A stretch of DNA of 24,571 bases from contig CAZGYK010000005.1 of assembly GCA_964530485.1 (NCBI GenBank), positions 1-24,571 of the forward strand. The letters run 5' to 3'. This document shows, one piece after another, positions 16,545 through 24,571 of the stretch. The notes beneath the pieces are model-generated. The model made no database searches and was not told the origin of the DNA. It saw only the letters and a list, made by a program, of their open reading frames with translations. The position numbers were made by a program, and so were the translations under genes. The stretch comes from an uncultured Oscillospiraceae bacterium. Its GTDB lineage: Bacteria > Bacillota > Clostridia > Oscillospirales > Ruminococcaceae. The first letter of the stretch is position 1; each line of letters begins with the position of its first letter.

Positions 16545-17852
16545 ATGTGGTATCAGGAAACTACGTTCTATCAAATCTATCCGTTCGGATTTTTTGGAGC
16601 GCCGAAACAAAATGACGGAATTCTTGTTCCCCGAATCCAAAAGACTTTGGATTGGATCGAACACTTAAAAAAACTCAATGTCGGCGCGGTCTATTTTTCG
16701 CCTATCTTCGAGAGCGATTCCCATGGATATGATACCCGCGATTTTCAAAAGGTAGATTGCCGCCTCGGCAGCAATGAAGACTTTGCCTCCGTTTCATCCG
16801 CGCTTCATTCCGCAGGAATTCGGGTCGTTCTGGACGGCGTCTTTCATCATGTCGGGCGCGGTTTCTGGGCATTTCAGGACCTGCTTCGCTCGCGGGAATC
16901 TTCCCCCTACCGCGACTGGTTTTATGTTGACTTTTCTAACAACTCCCCCTATAACGACGGCTTCTTCTACGAAGGTTGGGAAGGACATTACGAACTCGTA
17001 AAACTAAACCTCAGAAATGACGCCGTCGTAGAACATCTTTTGGATTGTATTCGCTTTTGGTTCAATACCTTTTCAATCGACGGTCTTCGCCTCGACGTTT
17101 CCTATCTGCTCGACGAAGCCTTCTTGCGCCGGCTGCATACGTTTGTAAAAACGCTTTCGCCGGATTTTTTCCTTCTCGGAGAAATCATCCACGGTGACTA
17201 TAACCGAATTCTCAACCCGGAAATGCTCGACAGCTGTACCAACTACGAAGCGTATAAGGGAATCCATTCCAGCTTAAACGATCAAAATCTCTTTGAGATT
17301 GCCTATAGCCTAAACCGCCAGTTTGGCCCGGAGCAATGGACACTCTATAAAGGAAAACCGCTCTATAACTTTATCGATAACCATGACGTCAACCGAATTG
17401 CAAGCGAACTCAAAAATCCGGCCCATCTCAACGCCGCATACGGCCTGCTGTTCGGTATGCCGGGTATCCCCTCTATCTACTATGGAAGCGAATGGGGCGT
17501 CGAAGGAATCCGTTCCAAAACGGACGATTCCGCTCTTCGTCCATGCTTTTCCTCCCCGGTTGAGAACGAGCTCTTTGATAAAATCTCCCGCTATTCAAAA
17601 ATACGCCGCGACTCGCCCGCTCTTTGCTACGGTTCCTACCGCCAACTTTACGTGTCCAATCAGGCATTTGCATTTCTCCGCGAATGGGAACAGCAACGCG
17701 TCGTCGTCGCCGTCAACGCTGGGAGCGAAACGGTAGATATCCCGATTCCTTCAATCGGAAAGAGCCGCAACCTGCTTACTGGTGAGCCTGCCCCTTCCGA
17801 AAGTACCCTGACGCTTTCCCCGTTTGAAACCGCGTTTTATCTTTGCGACTGA
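16545..17852 (+). CDS. GH13 alpha-amylase family glycosidase (cytoplasmic maltodextrin glucosidase/cyclomaltodextrinase-like)
   Basis: SHGYDT, region I DGVFHH, region II DGLRLDV, region III LGEIIHG and region IV FIDNHD. No signal peptide. Start at ATG 16545 after GAGGAG. Confidence 0.93.
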   Translation: MWYQETTFYQIYPFGFFGAPKQNDGILVPRIQKTLDWIEHLKKLNVGAVYFSPIFESDSHGYDTRDFQKVDCRLGSNEDFASVSSALHSAGIRVVLDGVFHHVGRGFWAFQDLLRSRESSPYRDWFYVDFSNNSPYNDGFFYEGWEGHYELVKLNLRNDAVVEHLLDCIRFWFNTFSIDGLRLDVSYLLDEAFLRRLHTFVKTLSPDFFLLGEIIHGDYNRILNPEMLDSCTNYEAYKGIHSSLNDQNLFEIAYSLNRQFGPEQWTLYKGKPLYNFIDNHDVNRIASELKNPAHLNAAYGLLFGMPGIPSIYYGSEWGVEGIRSKTDDSALRPCFSSPVENELFDKISRYSKIRRDSPALCYGSYRQLYVSNQAFAFLREWEQQRVVVAVNAGSETVDIPIPSIGKSRNLLTGEPAPSESTLTLSPFETAFYLCD

Positions 17853-17874
17853 ACTGCGTCCATGTTCACTGCAA

Positions 17875-17907
17875 AAGGAAAACCCCCGTTTAACGGGGGT
17901 TCTTTTT
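17875..17907. terminator. Bidirectional intrinsic terminator
   Basis: AACCCCCG-tttaa-CGGGGGTT with a T run on + and TTCCTTTT on -. Confidence 0.85.
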
Positions 17908-19411
17908 ATTTTTCTGCGGGAAGCGGTTCAGCAACCGCAACTTCCCGGTTTCGGAAATCCGCATGAAAACCCTTCGGCTTCAAATAATCCATCCATTCGC
18001 TCCGCTCCATCCCCTTTCCGAAATAGAGGAACAGGAATAGAGCCTGTAAAAGAAAAAGAATTCCTGTTACGATGGTTCCGCGCGTCACAAGAAGCGCCGG
18101 TTGGGTAAAATCTTCTCTAATTATCAGAACGAGCATCAAGAAGCCAACCATCACAGCAAACTGGCCAAACAAAATGATCCTTCGAGAACGGAACCCTCTT
18201 TGGCTCCAGCGTTTGGTAAAGAGGCGCGCCGCTACGACAACAGCAGAAATGACGGAAAAAAACGTAAAGAGAAGATTGATTACCGACCAGTACCCGGAAT
18301 AATTAAATCCACCGCCCGGAACATTGCCATTTGAAATGTCGAGAAACGGATTCCCTGTTTGAGATGTAATCTGCGAATCAAACCCGGTCTTATTTCCTGC
18401 CGTGGCAGCAGCCACATCGGCCGTCCATGACGCTTTCAAGAGAAGATTTCGATTTGGCATAACATCCTGATCAAAATTCCAAAGCTCACGCTCATGATAC
18501 CAGCCCTCGAAACGATACCCCTCCCGAGAAGGATCGTCCGGCCTTGCAACCAGATTTCCGTTTCGGACAATCTTTACTTCGCGGGTATCCTTTTCGTCGG
18601 CAAAATCAAAGGTAACTATATAATCCCTGACCCTCTCGTCGAGCCATTGAGCGGTCAAAACAAGGTCGCGGTCCGGCATGGCCATCGTCGAAAACGCCCA
18701 TTCCGTCTCACCGTCGAACCATCCTAGAAATTGATAATCAGCCCGATTTTCCGGATCTAGCGGAGGATCAATAAGGTTCCCGTGCCCAACCAAGAAATTG
18801 TTATCCTCTCCATATCCCTGGTACTGGAAAACAACCGTATGGACTTTATCCCACTTTGCATAAAGCGTAAATCCTGTCTCGACATCTTTTTCAAAGTGAT
18901 ACAGTTCTTCTCCGGCTTTGTCTGTCGTCCACCCGCGGAAGAGATATCCCTCCCTTGTCGGAACCCCAGGGTTGGCGAACTTCTCATTGGGTGATAGCAT
19001 CGTTGTTTTCGGAACATCCAAAATCCCACCCATAAGATCGACTGTAACAATAATACTCGTTGTAACGGTCGACGTTCCGGATAATTCCCCGGTCGCGGTA
19101 CCGTCCGACGCAACAACGCGGTAATAATAGGTAATCCCTGTTGAAGGAACCGAGTCGCTAAATCCAGTCGTCATACTCGACCCGACCTGCTGGTATCCCC
19201 CGTCATAGGTCGAGCGGAACACATAATAAATGGAAGCCCCGCCAACCGAATTCCAGCGGACTTGAACGCTATTTCCGCCGTTCCAAGTTGCCGAAAGTCC
19301 GGACGGACTATCTACCGCAAATGCCGGCAAAGCGAAAAAGCCGAAAGCCAAAAAAGCTACCAGCATAAAAGCCGTTATTCTTTTTAAGATCTTCTTTGAA
19401 TCTTTCATCAA
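17906..19411 (-). CDS. Surface protein: signal peptide, fibronectin type III domain, 3 InlB B-repeats, C-terminal three-TM module
   Basis: The signal peptide ends in AFA. FN3 evidence: VQVRWNSV...YYVFRS...YYYRVVA. (R/A)EGY/DYxFxGW...AxW repeats 3 times. The C-terminus is WSVINL...REDFTQP. Start is TTG 19411 or ATG 19408. Confidence 0.88.
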   Translation of the reverse strand: MMKDSKKILKRITAFMLVAFLAFGFFALPAFAVDSPSGLSATWNGGNSVQVRWNSVGGASIYYVFRSTYDGGYQQVGSSMTTGFSDSVPSTGITYYYRVVASDGTATGELSGTSTVTTSIIVTVDLMGGILDVPKTTMLSPNEKFANPGVPTREGYLFRGWTTDKAGEELYHFEKDVETGFTLYAKWDKVHTVVFQYQGYGEDNNFLVGHGNLIDPPLDPENRADYQFLGWFDGETEWAFSTMAMPDRDLVLTAQWLDERVRDYIVTFDFADEKDTREVKIVRNGNLVARPDDPSREGYRFEGWYHERELWNFDQDVMPNRNLLLKASWTADVAAATAGNKTGFDSQITSQTGNPFLDISNGNVPGGGFNYSGYWSVINLLFTFFSVISAVVVAARLFTKRWSQRGFRSRRIILFGQFAVMVGFLMLVLIIREDFTQPALLVTRGTIVTGILFLLQALFLFLYFGKGMERSEWMDYLKPKGFHADFRNREVAVAEPLPAEK

Positions 19412-19610
19412 AATCGATTTCCTGTTTGTTTCGAAGAGAGGTAATCCAATAACAACTTATCCCAGTCAAAAAAGACTTCCGTGATTACAATGTCACCTTC
19501 GCCCTCATCCCGATCACATTTTTCGTTTTTGGGTGATGTAGTTGCTATTATACTACAGAATCTCTCAGGAAAAAAGCGATTTCTTCCATTATTTTCACAT
19601 TTTAATCACG

Positions 19611-20702
19611 CTATGACAAAATATCGTCGTGTAAAAGGATCGAACTGGCCCGTTCTACCATTTCCAAGATTACAATATCCGGCTGATACTCCTCAATCAA
19701 GGCATTCGGATTGAACTGGGTCGCATTTCGGTTGATTTCAATGACGGTTGAAAACTGGGTGTAAAAATAGGGGCGAAGTGCGCCAAAATAAGAATCTCCT
19801 ATCACCAGAACCGTTCTGTTATCCGCTGCATCGGATGTATAGCGAACATATCCGTTCGCTATCTCCTCGCGTTCAAACGTTACGCCGGAGTCAAACCCCG
19901 TTAACGTATATGACACGTCATCCCGGCAAAAATCACCAATCGCGGCAAGGTTGGCCAAATCTTTCGGAGGAACCCCTGTCTCCATCTGGTAGCTGTCAAG
20001 ATCCGGAAGCTCAATTTCGAGAGTATGATACAGTTTCTGAGCTCCAAGATAGGCCCCAAGCGCATTCCAATGGGTGTCATACCGATAATAGAGGCGGTGT
20101 TCCGCCTTTTCGTTCTCAAGTTCTTCTTTCGGGTAGACAACTCGGCCTTCCTCCCCGTTTAAGAAGTAAACCAGTCGATCGGTTCTGCTTTCTGCTGCCG
20201 CGCGGGATCGGATATATTCCGGAAGATACTCTCGGTACATCGCTTCCTTATTCGGCGCAATCAGGATTCGAAGATCGATTCCTTTTTCTGCAAGTTCTCT
20301 TGCTCTACGGTCGATGTTGTTTTTGGCAAGTTCCATTTCTTCGTCCGAAAAAGAGGTATTTCCAACGACATCGTCGATCGGATTATCTTTGCCGATATTA
20401 TTGAAGAAAAGCCAACCATCTTCTCCTACAACAACCAGCGGGCTCGCGGTTGTACGGAATAACTTCATCGAAACAAGGGAATTGATCCCGACAATTTCAT
20501 TTTTAAACGGAAGGTGGTCGTTAAAAAACTCCCGAAACACAGCCGGCTTGTTGCGGATCGGCGCGCGGGTCACCTCCGAGAAATCAATCAGTTCGCGATT
20601 TTCCAAATTATCGGCGCTCAGCCCAACAAAGGGGAACGCTATCATTGGTGCAAGGATTAAAACAAAAAAGATGGCTGCGAGAATCCGCTGCTTTGTTTTC
20701 AT
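19611..20702 (-). CDS. AlgX/AlgJ (DHHW)-like SGNH-type O-acetyltransferase subunit
   Basis: N-terminal TM anchor, GEDGWLFF, APNKEAMY, DxHW motif YDTHWN and GDSY. It lies directly downstream of the MBOAT gene. Confidence 0.85.
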   Translation of the reverse strand: MKTKQRILAAIFFVLILAPMIAFPFVGLSADNLENRELIDFSEVTRAPIRNKPAVFREFFNDHLPFKNEIVGINSLVSMKLFRTTASPLVVVGEDGWLFFNNIGKDNPIDDVVGNTSFSDEEMELAKNNIDRRARELAEKGIDLRILIAPNKEAMYREYLPEYIRSRAAAESRTDRLVYFLNGEEGRVVYPKEELENEKAEHRLYYRYDTHWNALGAYLGAQKLYHTLEIELPDLDSYQMETGVPPKDLANLAAIGDFCRDDVSYTLTGFDSGVTFEREEIANGYVRYTSDAADNRTVLVIGDSYFGALRPYFYTQFSTVIEINRNATQFNPNALIEEYQPDIVILEMVERASSILLHDDILS

Positions 20703-20716
20703 CTCATATCCCCTTT

Positions 20717-22126
20717 CTAAAATCTGAAATAAATGAACGGGTTATAGCTTCCGCTGACCAGCGAAATAATCGAAAGAATCAAAACGACCGCAAGCGCTCC
20801 AATCTGAAAATACCCGGTATTTTTCTCGTCGTATAGCGCCGCCTTTAGTTTTGGAAAAATCTGCTGAACCGGGCCTGCCGCCAAAACCGCAATTATGGCA
20901 ACGACTATTGTCATCGCACTGCCGACCGATTGATAATAGAAGCTCGGGTTTCCGCCGGAAAACGAGAACATCTTTTTGATCGTCTCAAGCGCAATCGAAA
21001 TACTTCCTGCGCGGAAAAAGATCCAACCAAAAAAGACGACAAACAGCGTATAGAGATTTCGGAAGCCCGAAAACCATTTTCTATCCAATACCTTTTTCAG
21101 CCAAAACCGTTCAACGATTAAAAATAGACCGTGCCAAAGCCCCCAGACGAGAAAACTGAGCCCCGCTCCGTGCCAAAGTCCGGTACAGACAAATACAATA
21201 ATGAGGTTTAATGCCGTCCGTCCATTGCTTTTCCGGTTCCCGCCAAGCGGGATATAGAGATAGTCGCGAAACCACGACGATAGCGAAATGTGCCACCGGC
21301 GCCAAAACTCAGTCACTGTCTTCGCAATATAGGGATAATTAAAATTTTCGAGAAAAGAAAAACCAAACAGCTTTCCAAGTCCTATCGCCATATCCGAGTA
21401 ACCAGAAAAATCGTAGTAGATCTGTAAGGCGTACAGCCCATATGCCAGCCATAAATACCCCGACGGGACATCGTTGAGATGAAGTTTTAAGATATTGTCA
21501 ACCGTCGCGGCGAGGGTATTTGCAATTAAAACCTTTTTCGAAAGACCCCAGACAAAACGTTTGATTCCATAGGCGGTCTTTTCGAGGGACACCGTCCGCC
21601 CGTCAAGGTCCTTTTCGATATCGCGGTAGTTGACAATCGGTCCCGCGATCAACTGTGGAAAAAACGAGATGTAAAGCGCAAGTTTTAACGGATTCTTCTG
21701 AAGTTGAATCTCTTTTCGGTAAAGATCAATTACATACGATAGTATCTGGAAGGTATAAAACGAAATCCCGATCGGCAGGGCGATGCTCTTGAGGGCAAAC
21801 GCTTCCCGTCCGGCTACCGTATTGATCAAGGTCAGGAAGAAGTCGAAATATTTGAAATAGCCGAGCAGCAGGAGATTTCCCGCTACCGCCGCGGTAAGAA
21901 ATAGTTTCCGTTTAATCCCCGTTGCCGGATCAATTAAAAGCCCGGCGCCGTAGTTAAAGAGAATCGAAAACAACATCAAAAGAATATATACCGGTTCACC
22001 GAAGGCATAAAAAAACAAGCTCGCAAGTAAAAGCCAAATATTGTTGGCTTTTCTCGGCAGAAGCCTGCTAACTACAAAAACCAAAGGCAAAAAGAGCCAT
22101 AAAAATTCCATTGATGAAAACAGCAT
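20717..22126 (-). CDS. MBOAT family O-acyltransferase (AlgI/PatA-like)
   Basis: LPIGISFYTFQ, FFPQLIAGPI, YYDFSGYSDMAIG, ENFNYPY, FWRRWHISLSSWFRDYLYIPLGGN and catalytic GLWHG. Confidence 0.95.
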   Translation of the reverse strand: MLFSSMEFLWLFLPLVFVVSRLLPRKANNIWLLLASLFFYAFGEPVYILLMLFSILFNYGAGLLIDPATGIKRKLFLTAAVAGNLLLLGYFKYFDFFLTLINTVAGREAFALKSIALPIGISFYTFQILSYVIDLYRKEIQLQKNPLKLALYISFFPQLIAGPIVNYRDIEKDLDGRTVSLEKTAYGIKRFVWGLSKKVLIANTLAATVDNILKLHLNDVPSGYLWLAYGLYALQIYYDFSGYSDMAIGLGKLFGFSFLENFNYPYIAKTVTEFWRRWHISLSSWFRDYLYIPLGGNRKSNGRTALNLIIVFVCTGLWHGAGLSFLVWGLWHGLFLIVERFWLKKVLDRKWFSGFRNLYTLFVVFFGWIFFRAGSISIALETIKKMFSFSGGNPSFYYQSVGSAMTIVVAIIAVLAAGPVQQIFPKLKAALYDEKNTGYFQIGALAVVLILSIISLVSGSYNPFIYFRF

Positions 22127-22170
22127 TTCAGTTCCTCTGGTTCGTTCAATAATCGGTATGTTCGTGATTC

Positions 22171-22199
22171 ATTATACCCCGCCGCCCGCCTTGAAGCAA
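22171..22199 (-). promoter_or_regulatory. Promoter of the MBOAT-AlgX operon
   Basis: TTGCTT (22199-22194), 17 nt, TATAAT (22176-22171). Confidence 0.65.
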
Positions 22200-22382
22200 C
22201 CGCCTATCGCTTCGTCACACTTTTGAACGCAAGACGTAAGACAAATTCCCGAATGTCTCCACGGTTCCAATATTTTCAGGAATCCAACTTTCTCGAGCGA
22301 AGCTATCGCCCATGTAAAGAATCGGTTCTCTGCAACACGCCGGTCTATCGCAAACAGCGCTCCTTCGAGGTACAACGAAATC

Positions 22383-22410
22383 AAAAAGGGCATCCTTCCG
22401 GATGCCCTTT
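22383..22410 (-). terminator. Intrinsic terminator of the SpaA-domain protein gene
   Basis: Minus strand AAAGGGCATCC-ggaa-GGATGCCCTTT then TTGATTT, with a GNRA loop. Confidence 0.8.
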
Positions 22411-22424
22411 CAAATGATTGCATT

Positions 22425-24571
22425 TTACGCTTTCGCGTATTCTTGATCGTTTCCGTCGTCCTTTTTCTTGTCCTTCAACGAGCGGCGGAAGATAAAGATG
22501 ACGATCGACTGTACCAGCGCATACACCACCATCAGCCAGGACCAATTACAGACCCATACGATCGGCTGGCGGATGTCTTCGGTTACGAGGAATGTGACCG
22601 CGGCGGCAACTGCTACGAGCACGCCGATTGCGCGCCAGATATGATCTTTCTTTCTCTTCTCTTTCCCGTCTTCGTCAGTGTAATCCGCACTTTCATACTC
22701 GTCCTCATCCTTCTTCTTGCGGATGGTGAAGAGCATGAAGATGCTTGTGAAGATACAGAAGAGAGCGCAGATCAGGTTGAGAAGCGACCAGTGTGCTCCC
22801 CATCCACTTTCCGGTGGCTTCGGTTCATCGATCTCTGTTCCCGCCCCGGGTTTGTCTGGTTCTTTGATCTCCTCTTCCTTGCTGTTCGGAATATCAACTC
22901 CGACCTCAACGTCGGTTCCGTCTGCGCTTGCGGCTACCGTCACTGTGCGCGGCGTTGAATCAAGCGTATATCCCGCCGGCGCGACCGTCTCAACAACCGT
23001 ATAGACGCCCGGCGTCAGTCCGGTAATCCTGGTTCTTCCGTCGGCTCCTGTCGTAAATACACCGACATCACCATCCGGCCCGGTTACGCGGAAACTTGCT
23101 CCGCCAAGAGCCGTCCGGTCGGCTGCGTCATATTTAAAGATTCCGATAGAAAGCGTTCCGGTCGGTACGATCGGCGTATTGACCGCCGTCAATCCAAGAT
23201 AACGTCCGGGGGTGGCCTCGCTCAGCGTTACGGTTGTGCTGTAGCCGCCAATATATCCTGTCGGCGCGGCAGTTTCTCTTACGGTATAGCTGCCTGCTTC
23301 GAGTCCGTCAAACCGGAGCATTCCGCTCGCCGGGGTCGTACCGGAACCTACGAGGGTACCGGCCGCATTGCGAACTTCAAAGCTCGCGCCCGCCAAAGGT
23401 GTTCCGTCGGTCGAATCGACTTTCAGGATTCCGAGAGAATAGGTGAATGAACGAGGCGGTGGGGTATAGCTATAGCTGTTGGTAACGGTAATCGACGGAT
23501 TCTCAAGACCCGGTACCAGGTAGAGCGAATTTCCGCTCCCAACGCTCGTACGATAGCCTACGCTATACTTGAATCCACCGGCCGGGATCAGTTCGCGTAC
23601 TCGGTATTTCGCTTCCGGAAGCCCGGAGAACTGCCCGCCTACCTTTGTTGCGTTCGGTGTTGCCGTAAGCTTAAAGGTTCCCGTCGACCCGGCAATCAGA
23701 GGATCCTGGGCCGTAACGATCGATCCGATCAGCAATGGGTCAATCGTAATCTTCGTGAAGTCTACCGCGCTCCATGTCTTGAAATATGAATCCTGCTGTT
23801 CAAGGATGAAATTGAATGTAACAGGGGCCGAACTCGTATTATCGGTCAAAGCCTTGTATACGCTCAGGCTAAGATCCTGTTCGCCGAAAAGCTTGACGCT
23901 GACTTTTTCCGGTTCGGCATGGAACTCGACATCTTTGGAATTCGGATTCTTCGGGTTCTGTTTTTGCGTAAAGTAGAAGCAGGCGCTGTTGGACGCAACC
24001 TGATTTGCTGCTCCGACCGGGAGACTGTTGGAGCTGTCCGGAACAAGCATCTTCCAGCTAACCTCAAGGGTCTTGCCCGCCGGAAGAGTTACGGACGGAT
24101 CTACAACAACCCGGAAGGATGCCGGAGAACCGCTGGCAGTCCAGGTCGTTGTCCAACCCATAGCTGCGCCGCGAAGGTTCGAAATCCCGTTCGCGACCTT
24201 GTCGCTGAAATAGACTGTGAACTGACTCTGATCCAAATTGCCGATGCCTTCAACTTTTACAATAAAGCTCATAAGATCAAGGTCAAGACCCCAGCCGGAT
24301 CCGCGCGCACCATCCATAATGGTATACGGATCGTTTATGGTCGGAAGAACGTCGATGACTTCGATATTGCTAAGCCCCTGGGCCGAGCAATCGTTCTTGA
24401 GATAGTAGCTGTAATCAACCGTATCTCCGCGAACAACGTCGACGATGTCGGTACTTCCGGACGTCGTTGTCTTGGTGGCGACGCGCGGATCGAGCGAATT
24501 ATTCGTAACCTTTTTATACGCCGACGCACCAAAGCTCTGGATTACTTTGATCCTGCTCAGGCTTATGGAGG
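22425..24571 (-). CDS. Large surface protein (5' end outside the window): adhesin/isopeptide-type domains, two SpaA/CnaB-like prealbumin domains, C-terminal three-TM module
   Basis: I translated 24318-24569 and the frame stays open to the edge (…GDTVDYSYYLKN…IEVIDVLP…), so ATG 24317 is internal. SpaA-like units are ILKVDSTDGTPLAGASF…YTVRETAAPTGY and IFKYDAADRTALGGASF…YTVVETVAPAGY. The C-terminus is WSLLNL…TEDIRQP. Confidence 0.88.
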   Translation of the reverse strand, partial: SISLSRIKVIQSFGASAYKKVTNNSLDPRVATKTTTSGSTDIVDVVRGDTVDYSYYLKNDCSAQGLSNIEVIDVLPTINDPYTIMDGARGSGWGLDLDLMSFIVKVEGIGNLDQSQFTVYFSDKVANGISNLRGAAMGWTTTWTASGSPASFRVVVDPSVTLPAGKTLEVSWKMLVPDSSNSLPVGAANQVASNSACFYFTQKQNPKNPNSKDVEFHAEPEKVSVKLFGEQDLSLSVYKALTDNTSSAPVTFNFILEQQDSYFKTWSAVDFTKITIDPLLIGSIVTAQDPLIAGSTGTFKLTATPNATKVGGQFSGLPEAKYRVRELIPAGGFKYSVGYRTSVGSGNSLYLVPGLENPSITVTNSYSYTPPPRSFTYSLGILKVDSTDGTPLAGASFEVRNAAGTLVGSGTTPASGMLRFDGLEAGSYTVRETAAPTGYIGGYSTTVTLSEATPGRYLGLTAVNTPIVPTGTLSIGIFKYDAADRTALGGASFRVTGPDGDVGVFTTGADGRTRITGLTPGVYTVVETVAPAGYTLDSTPRTVTVAASADGTDVEVGVDIPNSKEEEIKEPDKPGAGTEIDEPKPPESGWGAHWSLLNLICALFCIFTSIFMLFTIRKKKDEDEYESADYTDEDGKEKRKKDHIWRAIGVLVAVAAAVTFLVTEDIRQPIVWVCNWSWLMVVYALVQSIVIFIFRRSLKDKKKDDGNDQEYAKA

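Noticed and set aside
22172-22423. 83-aa minus-strand ORF and 64-aa plus-strand ORF between the surface protein and MBOAT genes
   Set aside because: They overlap the terminator, and the 83-aa ORF also overlaps the MBOAT promoter. Neither has an RBS or motif.
635-24213. Remaining short alternate-frame and antisense ORFs in the track
   Set aside because: All are nested in well-supported genes and lack an RBS or family motifs.
24317-24571. ATG 24317 as a gene start, and the separate 24335-24532 ORF
   Set aside because: The main frame is open to the window edge, so the gene starts outside the window and the small ORF is an alternate-frame shadow.

Overview
A 24.6 kb bacterial chromosomal window at roughly 50% GC. 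Sigma70-type promoters, AGGAGG-type ribosome binding sites, DegV, a sortase-type sorting signal and InlB repeats suggest Bacillota, probably Clostridia (inference). The left half holds housekeeping and accessory genes: CPBP protease-tadA, an orphan TyrS-like S4 ORF, acyl-ACP thioesterase, MgtC, a DUF6020-like membrane protein, YdcF/DUF218, a low-GC NUDIX islet, a tandem double-SDR fusion, a GNAT with an in-frame stop, DegV, SMP-30/gluconolactonase and an amidohydrolase. The right half is a cell-envelope region with three large surface proteins, a GH13 glycosidase and an MBOAT plus AlgX/AlgJ-like O-acyltransferase pair. I found no rRNA, tRNA, CRISPR array or intact transposase/integrase. The two most interesting signals: (1) two otherwise unrelated surface proteins end in the same three-helix membrane module (WSxxNL...EDxxQP...Q) instead of a sortase signal, a candidate sorting or anchoring domain; (2) a five-hairpin structured element at 7-153 sits directly behind a near-consensus minus-strand promoter.
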